64,000 bases of DNA from Dimorphilus gyrociliatus (Eukaryota; Animalia; Annelida). Made by a program: the position numbers and the translations under genes. Below, one piece after another: positions 12,201 through 46,155 of this stretch. The notes under the pieces are model-generated. The model was not told where the DNA came from, searched no databases, and worked only from the letters and a program-made list of their open reading frames with translations. The stretch covers positions 873,230-937,229 of the forward strand of contig CAJFCJ010000028.1 in NCBI GenBank assembly GCA_904063045.1. The letters run 5' to 3'. Each line of letters starts with the position of its first letter. Positions within the stretch are counted from its first letter, which is position 1.

Positions 12201-12659
12201 AATTCTTTCCTATCTTCCTCTCGCCCTTTCCCTCCTCTTTCATTAGCTAAGAGCGAGAAATGGTTCAATCGAACGGAAAACTAGACAATCTAAAAAAAGA
12301 GAGACCTTTCTTCATTTTTATTGGCGTCGAATTTACTACTTTTCGATTTATCTTCAGATTACTTCATTACCTCGAAATGTTATTAGCCGTTTTGCAGCAA
12401 GCAAATATTTTATTTCATCACATATCCAATAGATGTCCCTACAAATGCCAAGAGTTTTTTCATTATATAATAAACTTTGCAAGGCCGTCAAGATTTCAAT
12501 TTATATTCATGGGAGAAGTAACTGCATATAGATTATTAAGGAGCGAATAGAGTGAAAGAGTAAAAAAAATCAAATGAAAAAGAGGCACAAGAAAAAACCG
12601 TAGTAAAAGAAGCTTAAAGAGGAGAAAATGGAAAAAAGATGAGCGTCTAAAATTCCCTA

Positions 12660-13166
12660 TTTCATCAGCGCCACCATTGTCCGAACGGGCGTCAAACGCC
12701 CGGGCGTTTTTTCAATTAGACGGCTTGATTGACAATTTCGACGCTTTACGGCCGCTAACGTTCCTTTATCAATCCACTTATAAAGCTTTTGAACTGAAAA
12801 TAAATTCTATTATTGTGAAAGAATGAAACTTTTTAGCATGCACGGTAAACATTTGCGAGCGCTCTCTCTCAATTTCCTGTTTCTGGGTAAAATAATATTC
12901 CCTTCGTCCATCTGTTATTGCGTAAGCAAGAACGAAAGGCAAAATATACAGAAAAAGGGAAGAGATCGAAGGGCAAGAAGGGTATAGATTAAGGGGAGGA
13001 GGAGACGACTGTTGGTTTTCGTTAATTGGTAAAAGGGAAGAGTGCGGCGCTCAGTCCGGGCCGCCATTTTGTTCGCATTGGGCGCAGTGCGCGTCTAGAG
13101 AGGAAAGAGAAAGAATATTTTGTTTTTTTTGCATTAGACAATATAAAAGATAGGATACGTCCAGGA
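12660..13166 (+). promoter_or_regulatory. GC/CpG-rich putative promoter and 5' UTR of iGluR gene 1
   Basis: GC/CpG-rich patches (12660-12760, 13040-13100) in otherwise AT-rich DNA just upstream of the signal-peptide exon; TSS not located. Confidence 0.4.
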
Positions 13167-34518
<21,352 letters not shown>

Positions 34519-36054
34519 CGGTACGTGCGCGGCGTTTAGTGACGCTTCGGGACGTTTTGCGCCGCTTCCTTTTTACCAATCATTCTTTTTTTTAACAATT
34601 CATTTTTCTGGCGCTCTGGCGAGACTATCCTACCAAAATATTATTAAAAGTAATCCTATATTGAGTTTTTACCTCCTTATTTTGTATTCACTATTCCTTA
34701 TGATAAATCGAATCTTCCGTTACCAAATTCCAAAATTCCAGTTTGTTTTCTTCGTTTTAAAACCTTTATAATTAAAATAAAAGAGAAAATACCAAATTTT
34801 TATATTATATTGTTTCTGAGCCGCGCAAAACGCTATGCGAAGAAAGTAGTGCTCTTGCTATTGGTCTGGTTTCTGCATGATAATTTCTCTACAATCTTTC
34901 TGGTTTGTCATTATAGTTGTGTCTGTTGTTTCTTATCTATTTTCTTATTTCTTCTTTTTCTTTTACTGTTTCACAAAGCTTCCCTAATCAAAGACTGTCG
35001 GCTTATATAAAAACGAAATTATTCATTTATAATCTAAATCAACTAGAAAAGTCCTTGAAGATGAGTATATATTGTATATGAACCCTAATAATACTTTCTT
35101 TACATCTACTGACAAGCCAGAGGCATTTTTTGAGCATCTTATAAATTATTTGGCAAGTCTCTTAAGAAGGAGAATAAATCTAAGAATAAAAAAGAAATTT
35201 CTATAAATGTCATTTAATTCTTAAATAAAGTATAAATAATTTATGAACGTCTTATCAAAAGATAAAGGATAGAAAGAAATGAAAGCGGTAGCAATTCATA
35301 AAACACTTTATGTATAGATTTCTTATTTGTTTTTAATTGGCATTTTATTCTTTGTCATAGATTTTATTATTAATTTCAATTTTCTTTTATCTATTATCAG
35401 TCATCTGCCTTTTATTTATCTTAATTAACTACAAGTTATTATTATTTTCGACTTTTTCCCATTGTCTTCGTAAATAATCTTTTAATTAAATAATGAAAAA
35501 GTAAGACAAATCTCCCTTTATCATTTTTAAATATACAATAAATACTCGGATATAAGGCAACGTATAAATGGTAAATGATATCATTAAAAACAAAGGATAT
35601 CATTTTCTTTTTCCCATCTAAATTTCATTCATGTTTTTTATATTAAAATATTAATTAAATACTGAGAAGATAGAAGGAAAGAAATCCGAAAGTCTTTGAT
35701 GAATAATCATTTTAAAAGAAAACTGACTATCAAAATTTTTTGTAACAGTATTCCTACACACCTCCAAATCAAGTAAGCGTTGGAACGGCAAAAAGGAAAA
35801 GAAATGACTTACATACACAGGTGTAACTTTTCAAGATGTAATTTGAACTATATATTATTATTATTCACGTCCCAAGTCTTATTATACTATGCATAATATT
35901 ACAATTTTTGGTTTTTCCTCCAGGATATACTGTATATATATATACAATATATATATATGTATATATATTTCTAACTTTTCTTTACATAACATACAGTCTA
36001 CCTGTAAATACTGTATAAATATACACATAAGTATATATATATTATATACTTATG

Positions 36055-36094
36055 TGCGTGTGTGAGTGTATGTGTGTGTATGCGTGTATGTGTT

Positions 36095-36152
<58 letters not shown>

Positions 36153-36180
36153 TGTGTGTGTGTGTGAGTGTGCGTGCGTT
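36055..36180. repeat. (GT)n compound microsatellite
   Basis: Long GT run with interruptions; it explains the spurious CVCV ORFs. Confidence 0.95.
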
Positions 36181-36434
36181 TATGTATTCTTTAACAAATT
36201 TCTACATGTATGTATGTATATGTATACACTGTAAACAATCAATTAACATTTAAAAAAATAACTAACACAAAGAAAACAAAACAAAAATACATTTAAATCT
36301 AAAATTTCTTACAAAAAATATTATTTAACAGTCTTAAATACTTTAGTTGTATGTAACATAAACACATACTCTCCATTTCTCTCAATCCCCACCTATCTTC
36401 TATCTTTACCAAATAATTTAGAAATCTTTATGTT

Positions 36435-36435
<1 letters not shown>

Positions 36436-36478
<43 letters not shown>

Positions 36479-36552
36479 CCCTCCCCCCGATCTCGTACTT
36501 TCTACCTTTCACTCATGTTCCCTCTCTCTCTCTCTCTCTCGCTCACTCTCTC
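36436..36552. repeat. (CT)n microsatellites
   Basis: Two CT runs separated by a pyrimidine-rich spacer. Confidence 0.9.
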
Positions 36553-38246
36553 CTTCTTCCCATTCTTGTCAATCTAGTCATCTACCAATCTATGTTTTAT
36601 ACTCTACCTATATAAATATTTTTACTGTATTGTATACTGTTTACAATATTTCATTAATATGATTTAAAAGATAAACAGTGTATTAATATACATATATATA
36701 TTTCACTTTCTTATTTTATACTCAGCATCATTGGTGCACATTTTCTTATAAGAAAACTCTATACATTATAAATATATATATATACATGTATAAATGTACG
36801 GTTAAACAATTTCTATACGTTTACTTGCTTTTATAGACCTACCGTTGTTTTTACATGTTCCTGTCTAAATTATTCAATATAAGTTAGGCTATATCATGTT
36901 TTGTTTATTCTAGTATACAAAATTTTGATAATTATTAATAAAAAATAAGAGAGAAAAACTATTAAAGTCTTTGTTTTTCTATATTCAGAATGAAGATTTT
37001 AAATATTCTGTGGGGGAAGAAGGTGAAGGGGGAGCAAGGGGGTTTATCTCGAGTAGGCCGTTTCTCTTTTTATTCAAAATAAACGTTTTTATTCCATAAC
37101 TTTCATCTCCTGGGTTGTGTAGTTTATTATTTTACACAAATTGGATTCAGATAGGCCTAATAAAGTAGTGTAATTTTTCAAATAGATTCTTCAGAATGCA
37201 ATTTAGTGAATTAATTGCATTTTGAAGTAATATGACACGATTAACGAAAACAATTACCGCAAGGGTAAGATACATATGCCCTCATTAGCTTAAGAATGTA
37301 GCTTTAAAAATCTTAAACAAAGCAAAATATACGTAAAAGTTTAAAGAAAATAAAGAGGAAATCATTTACAATCACTAGGATATAATGGGATAAAATAAAG
37401 AAGAAAAAATTGGAAAAAAGGATTTTAGTAGGAGGATTCTTGAAGGCAGTTTCCATTACTAATGCGACAAACATATGCATAGTCATACAAGGCAAACTGT
37501 CACTCGTTATGAGTTATAGATAGCCAAATTTTATATTTTACCACGAGCCAACAAGGATATTTACATAAAAAGAAGTATTTTTAATGATTTTGGACTTGTA
37601 CGTAACTTGATTTAGTTGAATTCATCAAGGAATAAGTATATAAAGATGAATATCAAATGACGAGCGAACAGTTTACATTTAAAGCTATACTTTCGTACTA
37701 TACTAATAAAGTGCCCTAGGCAGCTTCAATAAAAATATTATGCATATTTCTATATAATTTTATTTTAAACTTTACCGCAAAAAGTATATATTCTATATAG
37801 TAAACATAAAAATATATATACGATTATTACAGTACAAAGTGTAAATCATACAGAATTTTGCTCTGTAAACTTAGAATATACTAATAATATATAGTATACT
37901 GTATTTAGTATATACAGTATATATATATATATATATATATGTGATAAAGCTGAAAAAATTTGCAAATTACTGCTAAAAAGAAACCTATAACTCAGCGAAA
38001 TTGCTCGAATCGACAACAACTTTAGATCGTAGTTAATGCGTCTCCTCTCCATTATTAATGTATTCCAGCTATATACAGTTTATGTTTATTATTTTAGTAA
38101 TACATTTAAATAAATAAATTTTATTCTTCATAATATTTCAAAATAAACTTAAAAAAATACAATTAAATGATGAGACTATAAAAATAATAGACGGGGAAGA
38201 TATTTTGAGAGAGTATATGTGTGTGTGTATATATGTGAGACACAGC

Positions 38247-38249
<3 letters not shown>

Positions 38250-38291
<42 letters not shown>
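38250..38291. repeat. (GA)n microsatellite
   Basis: About 20 AG units. Confidence 0.95.
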
Positions 38292-38292
<1 letters not shown>

Positions 38293-38619
38293 AGTATGGA
38301 AATGAGAGGAAGGGAGTTGGATAGAGAGAATGAGAGGGGAAAATGATAAGAAAATGACCAATTTTTTATTGGTCTTTTACGTTTTGACTATGAGTAAATG
38401 GGGACCAATAGAATATGGAGATGTAAGAAATAAAAATTATAGAAATTTATAGAGGAAGCGGGAGAGGAGAGAGAGTAACATGGTACGAGTAGGTGGGAAA
38501 TCATAGTTGAAGGCAGGGAAACAGAGAGAGAAATACGGAAAGTAAACTAGGGATACTTGGTGATAGTAAGAACGAGGAAAAAAACATTTCTAATATAAAT
38601 ACATATATAAGCTGTATGG

Positions 38620-39788
38620 AAAATTCGACTGGCTTTCACGAGAGTAAAGCCTCGGCGTATAATTGAAGTGCTCTAGTTAGCCGAGTGCACTGCCAAACGG
38701 TATTTATCTCAATTTCTGAACGCTTTACTTACGGACGAATCTCGAGAGACGGCCTCGGTCGTTCGCCGAAGCTTTTATCTTATAAATATTATCTTTCCTC
38801 GCCGCACAAAATGTCAGACGCCTCTTCTCTTTAATTATTGAAGAAGCGACCGCGTTACGGACCGTCCAGTAGTCTTTTTCGGACAAAACGAATAAATAAA
38901 AAGTTTATATTTAGAAAGAAACTGTCTTTATTAAAGCTTGAAATAAATCACACTCTAACTCCCTAAAATAATCTGTAAGAAGCGAACGACTCGGACGTTC
39001 CCCTTCCAAATATCTACTTTTTTTATTGACATACAACGGCCAGAAGGCGTCCAACATCTGATATGCGACTTTATAAAGCATAATGAGTACAAAATTTGCA
39101 TTTCTCTTGTTTATCTCGCTCTCTTGTCAAAATTCATTTCTTCTCATACTCAGATTTAACGCCATCTGTAGTTTGAAGATAAACGAGTTATCGGGTCGAG
39201 GTGAAAGAAAGAATGAAAAAATTCCCTAAATGCTTAAATAATTATCTCTTGTAGTTATTTACGTAAATTCCTAGTAGGTCCGATAAAGAGAAATAAAAGC
39301 AATAAAAAGAAAAACAGGCGTTAAGAAAATATCAAGAGAGATCTTTGAAAATCTTCTTGTAAATGGAATAGAAGAAAGTAGAAAAAAAGAAGAGAAGGGG
39401 AAGAGAGTGTCTAAAAGGCGATTTCATTCTATAAATAGCAGTTATCTCAGATGTTTCTTAAATTAATGACTATTGAAAAGCTACCAGCCGTAAAATAAAG
39501 CATTTAACACTGTATCTTCTGAACGACAAACAAATTTACAAAAAAAAAAATAAAAAAAAAAACTACTGCTACGTTCTTCGAAGCGTATCACGACCCTCTT
39601 TCACTCATCGTTGCCTTATCTCAAGTCTTTTGCAGTCTTATAACAGTCGGGTCACGACCGTCGTATGTAAATTAGTCCGCAACCTGCCCGCGTCCCGGCC
39701 TTCGGGACCTGCAGCGCGCCAATCTTATTATGCGCCCAAACCAGGGCGCATGCGCATCTCTATCGTTTCCGTTGCTGCAGTTTTCGAT
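38620..39788 (+). promoter_or_regulatory. CpG-rich putative promoter/5' UTR of iGluR gene 2
   Basis: CpG-rich patches at 38620-38880 and 39640-39790 upstream of exon 1. Confidence 0.35.
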
Positions 39789-41902
39789 ATGGCTACGGCA
39801 GCGGTGACTGCAACCGGCCTTTTCCAGATTATAATATGCTTCTTTTTAATATCAAAAGCTTCAAACTATCGTTATCCTAAAAATGATGTTCAGTTAGGTA
39901 AGTAATTTTTAAAATATGTCCCAAATGTTAATGTTTTCTCAACATTTTCTTATATTTCAACAGGAGTTATTGTTGATGCTAACAAGGAATCTGCAAATAT
40001 TCTCAAAGCTATGCGTTTTGTTATGAACGCAAAAAAAGATCTGTCAATTGGTCATTCAGATATAAAATTCAATGCAAACACTCAAACCCCCATGATAAAC
40101 AACAGCTTCGATTTGATGGCCGCTAGTAAGTAGATGTTCTTACTTTTCCCTTTTTTCGAACGAAAAAATGGTTGAGTGGCACCATCTACCGTCTACTGTT
40201 TTATAGCATATCTAATTTAAGGAAACCGTAAAACTATAAAATCGTTGTCTTTTCCTCGTCCTACCTTTTATTCAATCTCCGTCCATCTCTCTTTCTTTTC
40301 CCCTTCCTTCCACTCAACTTCCTGTTTTATTTACTTTTCTTAAATTGATTATTTCTCTTAAAAAGAAACACTGAACATTAATTAAACACATATTTTATAT
40401 TTAATGTGGATATTCCTGTTTTTTATTCACAGTGTGCAAGCATATGTCTGAAAAAGTTTATACAATTTTTGGAATGAGTACACCATGTTCAATGGACACG
40501 CTACGCTCATTTTCTCGCCAATTTCAAATGCCATATGTTTCTATTGGTACTCCTTTAAAGTCAAATCATCCAAATTCAAATATGGAACCCCCTTTCGAAT
40601 TATTCATCCGACCCCGATACTCAGAAGCAATTGTTGAACTAATAAGACATTATGGTTGGAAAAACGTCTATTACATTCACGATACGAGAGTAGACGGAAT
40701 TTTGCGGGCTGAACAGTTGATTGAGAGTCTTTCCGAGGAAATGGTAACGGTTCATTTCGATATGATCTACGCTAGAGACGGAAGTGACGCTCACGATCAG
40801 ATATCGACAATAGATACAACTAAATCGGAAGACCAAAGAGTCATTATGCTTGATATGAGTAAAGATAACGCCAACGAACTATTCAATAATTTATATACAG
40901 ATGCGAAAAGATTAAAGTTTCACTTTCTAGTTGTTGAATTAGGAATAGTTGAGTTGAACTTTACGGAAAAAGCTGCTGGAGGTCTGAAAGTAACTGGTTT
41001 CCAAATGCTCGGTGCTCCATCTGTAGTTTCTCTTTACGGAGATGGAAAATTCACATCCTCTAATGATATTAATACAACAATTAACAAGTAAATATTTAAG
41101 ATTTATAAACAAACAAACAAACCAGCGGAAGAGTTTGTCACAAGTATTTTTATTTTCTTTTCAGATACCTAAGATTTATCGACGAAGAAGTTGCTGACTT
41201 TAAAAACTATCATCAGTACTTTACACACGACGTCGCTTTAACAATAGACGCCTTAATGGTAATGAAAAAAGCTTGGAAGGCTCTATTAAGTAGAAAAGCT
41301 GATATTGACGATTATAAAGATAGTCAAAATATTCAATGCGATAAGAGCAATAGAAAATGGAAAAAGGGTCCGGAAGTAATGAATGCATTAAAAAGGGTTA
41401 GAATAAAAAATGGCCTTACAGGAAATATTGCTTTTGACGACAATGGTTATAGGAAAGATTTCGTTCTTTTACTATTCGAAGTTGCCTTTAGTAAGGGCCT
41501 TACTCAATTTGGTTACTGGACACCTAAAGTAAAGACAAAAAATGGCAAGACAAGAGGTGGTTTAGGCATAAGGCAACCGGATGAAAAAGAGAGAAATTTA
41601 TATCAATCGGCAATTAAGGATACAAGAATTCGTTCAAATAAGAAGATAAGAAAAGTTACATCAATATTGGTAAGTGTTTCAATTATATTTATTCTTTGAA
41701 ATTTTTCTTATTAATTAATTAAATATAGGATTTCTAAATTATTACTTTTCTAATTATAACTATCTACACTTTATACTTTTTTCTATTTAAATACATTTTA
41801 TACGAAATTGTATCTACACAACAAAATTTCCTTTTAATAAAAAATCAGTACCAATAAACTATTAAACACAGTAAGGGCTGTATGTAATGTATATATACTG
41901 TT

Positions 41903-41939
<37 letters not shown>

Positions 41940-44900
41940 CAATGTATTATGTAGACTGTAAGATTCTTGACTATTTCAAATGAAATTTTTCAAATATTTT
42001 ATAGTCATGTAATAAACTTGGTGTTTTAATTCAAGTCTTATTCTATGAATACTATACTTTATACTGTGTTTATGGTTTATAAATATATATATACTTACAT
42101 ATATATATATATGTATATGTATTTACATATAATATTATTTTGCATCTTTTATAATACTATTCATTACTATATATTGTTTTAATTTTTTACCTTTTTTTAC
42201 TCTTTCTTTACACATTTTTTTAAAAGTAATTCTCTGTTTTCTTATACATTTGTTTAGAATTTTTTACTATCAATTTTCTATTACACAGCACTTTGCCTAT
42301 TTCATTTTACATTCATTCCATTCAAAACAAAAAATAGCTTTTTAAGTAAATTATACAATAAAAAAAATGATAATAAGATTACCAGTTTAACTCTTATCTC
42401 TCTCTCTTTTTTTGTTTATTCTATCAAGTTTACTTATTTTAGCAAATTTCTTTTTGTTTTATTTTGTTATATTTATTTGATTATCCAAAATATAATTAAA
42501 ATTTTCCTCTGTTTATTTTCTGGTTTTTTTATTTTTTTTAAAAAAACAAAAAGAAACCAAAATAAAATATTTAGGATTGAAAGAAATCAACATTTTCTTT
42601 TAGTTTATTCTTTGTTTATAATAGTTCTTTAATGATAAAAGAAAGAGAAAACAAAGATAAATATATTACATTATTTAAAAAGATATTGGTACTGATGTAT
42701 ATTGCACTCAGTTAATCTTTTAGTACTTGATGAAATATGTTTATTTTCACAAGATTAGGTAATATTTATTATTTAAATAAAATAAAAATATATACATATA
42801 TATATAGTATATATATATATATAAAGTATATACATATATATACATATATATATATATATATATTTATACAATTTATATCATACATTCTCTTCTAATCACA
42901 CTTTTTTCGCATGTTTGCGCTTTTGAGCATCTTGTGCATGTATTTCAAATTTTCTTGTACATTTATCAATTTCTCAAGAGCAACTCTTAAAAGCCTATAA
43001 ATATTTTATGAATACTTAAGCTAATAATCAAATCTTTTGCTATATAAAAAAGAAACATTTAAATAATTAAACAGAATTATCTTCTTCTTTTCTTTTCATT
43101 ATTATAAAAACTGCAAATTTTTTTTCAAATACTTCTTTTATTGAAAGTTAAAACTAAACAAGTTGCTCTAAAAAAATCCTTCTCTTCTTCTACGCACCAT
43201 CAATTTCTTCTTCGCAGTTTCTTCTTTTCTCAAACTCTCTCTCTCTCCCTCTCTCTTTGTCTTTCTCTATCACTTTTTCTCTAGCTCTCTTCTTTACATC
43301 TTTTCTCTTTTCTTTAAAAATATTTTTCTATTTAAAAATGAAATTTTAAACAGAAAAATTTTCTGTATCAAAAGCACAACTTGCGAGTGAAAGTGTGATT
43401 GGTGGCCAGAGTGCTTCAAGCCAAAAATATAAAGCAAACATCCACGCAAAATTACTATAACAAACTAAAGAAAAGTAATGTTTTTTGATTTATTCAGAAA
43501 TATTTCACTAACAGTAATAATAGTATTAAAAAAAGACATTTTATGTAACATTTTTCTATAAGATAATTAATTCAAAATTCGGTCACTTATTACTCAGACC
43601 GCTCCATACCTGATGGAAAATAAAAGTACAAACGCAACAGGAAATGATCGTTTTGAAGGTTATTGCAAAGATTTAGCAGATAAAGTGTCTGAAATTCTTA
43701 AATTTGAGTATGAAATTGTACCTGTTCCGGATGGTCAATACGGTAAACTACTAGACAATGGAACTTGGACAGGAATGATGGGGGAACTCGTTAGTAACGT
43801 ACGTAGCACATATTGTTAATTCAAAATAACCAAAAAAATAGAATATTAACAAAACTACACGATATGAAATATTTAAATAGCTTAAGTGAAATAAGAATCT
43901 AATTTTATTCTTGAATTATGTATAAATCATTAGAGATCATTCATTTCCTTCAACTTCTAGTTACTTGACCAAATTACTAACCAAATCTTCTCTTTCTAAA
44001 CATTCCATGAATTTGTTAATTTAAAGGATTTAAAACAAAAAACAAAACTATTAAAGAAACCCTTTTATAACGAGCACCATTGCCACGAATCTCTCGCTGG
44101 AAGCGCGCAAGTTGTGTTCAAGAATACAAAAAAAAAACAAAACGCTTAAACGACTAAATCCTATCATTTTATTTTCAATAAAAATAAAATGCAGACTGCT
44201 CCGTATCTTTTCCGACGAAATACTACTAGTGATGGTCAATCGTTAACGGGAAATAATATGTACGATGGATATTGCGCCGAGTTAGCAAGAATGATTGCAA
44301 ATATTGTTGGATTTGAATACGAAATTGTTCCAGTTCCAGATGGAAATTACGGTAGTCGAAACGAAGACGGTACTTGGAACGGAATGGTTGGAGAGTTAGT
44401 CAGAAATGTAGGCCTATAATTAAATAAAAGTATATTTTATGAGATAAGGAAGCAATCGACCACAAAGGAAAGAAAAAAAAATATCATTATATATAACTCA
44501 GTTTTGTATTTCTTTTTAAATCCACTAGAGAGAAAAAAAAACAGCAAATAAACAATCAAGTAAATAAGCATGCACGCAAACAAACAAACAAACAAACTAA
44601 CTAACCAACAAAAAAGACAAATAAACTCCTTAACTTATTTTCAATAACATGTTTAAACTAGGAACGAACGAGAAAGAAAGCCAACTAAAATAAGAATTTT
44701 AATACGAAAATGAATGCTCTATTAAATAAGTTGTTCATTTCTTCTTTTTTTTTTAAATTTCGTACAGAGAGCAGATTTGGCTATTGCACCTTTAACAATA
44801 ACTGCAGTTAGAGAAGAGGTCGTTGATTTTTCCAAGCCATTTCAGTCTCTTGGAATATCAATCATGATTAAGAAACCTTCAAACGAGAAACCTGGAGTGT

Positions 44901-46155
44901 TTTCTTTTATGTACCCTCTATCTTCGGAGATATGGATGTGTGTTATATTCGCTTATATTGGAGTATCTGTCGTTCTGTTCCTAGTCTCAAGATTTAGCCC
45001 TTTCGAATGGAAAGTGGAAGATTCTAATGAAGGACCAACAGTCACAAACAACTTTACAATATTTAATTCTCTATGGTTCTCTCTAGGGGCCTTTATGCAG
45101 CAAGGATGCGACATTGAACCTAGATCAATATCTGGTAGAATTGTTGGATCTGTTTGGTGGTTTTTCACCCTCATTATAATCTCTAGCTATACGGCTAATT
45201 TAGCTGCATTTCTCACGGTTCAGAGAATGAAAGCACCAATAGAGAGCGCAGATGATTTGGCTAAGCAAACTGAGATAAAATATGGTACAATCGATTCTGG
45301 AACCACTAAGGAATTTTTTAGGACGAGCACCATACCCACTTATGAGAGAATGTGGTCATTTATGTCCTCCCAAAAGCCTTCTGTTTTTGTTAAAGGCAAT
45401 GAGGAAGGTATCAGAAGAGTAAGAAACGAGAATGGCAGATACGCTTTCCTTATTGAATCGACTATTAACGATTATATCAACCAGAGGGAGCCTTGCGATA
45501 CAATGAAGGTAATCAAAAAGTCATGTGACTATTCACTATTGATTATTAAATTATTAAATTTGTTATAGGTTGGGGAAAGTTTAGATTCTAAGGGGTACGG
45601 AATAGCAACTCCTCTGGGATCCGACATGAGAGATCAAATAACGCTGGCTGTTTTACAATTAAGGGAAAATAATGAGCTTCCTGCTTTACAAAAGAGGTGG
45701 TGGTATGAAAAGGGCGACAATTGCGATAAGGAATCGTCTAAGACCAAGCAGGACACAACAAACGCTCTTAAATTACTCAACGTAGCCGGCATATTCTATA
45801 TATTGATAGGAGGACTAATCTTAGCTATTACTATGGCTGTTTTGGAATTCTTCTACAGAGCGAAGGTTGAATCGAAAAAACGAAAGGTTAATCATCACCT
45901 CTATTTAATTAATTGTTTTCATTAAAACAATTGTTTTAAACTTTCCTAAAAGATTTCGTTCAGTGATGCTATCCGACTGAAAGTTCGTATGTCAATGAAG
46001 GGTGGAAGTGAAATAGAAGCTCATACAGTTCAGGAAGTTCCGTCTTCTTCAACGGTATCGTATCATATAAATTTCCTTTAATTATTCAGTTTTCAAATAT
46101 TAATCATAACGTTTAATTCTATTTACAGAAGTACAGAACATATTCGTTTGAATGA
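39789..46155 (+). CDS. AMPA-type ionotropic glutamate receptor subunit, gene 2 (with duplicated exon 5)
   Basis: Exons: 39789-39897 (alternative ATG at 39750), 39964-40125, 40433-41087, 41165-41669, [43598-43798 or 44195-44407], 44768-45508, 45569-45886, 45953-46054, 46129-46155. All junctions are GT-AG and in phase. Motifs: [51 protein letters not shown]. Confidence 0.93.
43598..43798 (+). CDS. iGluR gene 2 exon 5a (alternative S1 N-terminal segment)
   Basis: tactcag|ACC...AAC|gtacgt; 201 nt, phase 0-0; [67 protein letters not shown]. Confidence 0.9.
44195..44407 (+). CDS. iGluR gene 2 exon 5b (alternative S1 N-terminal segment)
   Basis: aaatgcag|ACT...AAT|gtaggc; 213 nt, phase 0-0; [71 protein letters not shown]. 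Confidence 0.9.

Noticed and set aside
36052-38361. Short ORFs such as CVCVCV, LSLSLS and KKKKK (also 10093-10284, 26552-26803, 47431-47634)
   Set aside because: They are translations of microsatellites or low-complexity tracts.
42905-44585. Second long-range pairing (gtttgcg..gtgcatg at about 42914-42940 with gcatgcacgcaaac at about 44569-44582) looping out both 5a and 5b
   Set aside because: Only two 7-nt blocks separated by a large one-sided bulge; not distinguishable from chance by eye.
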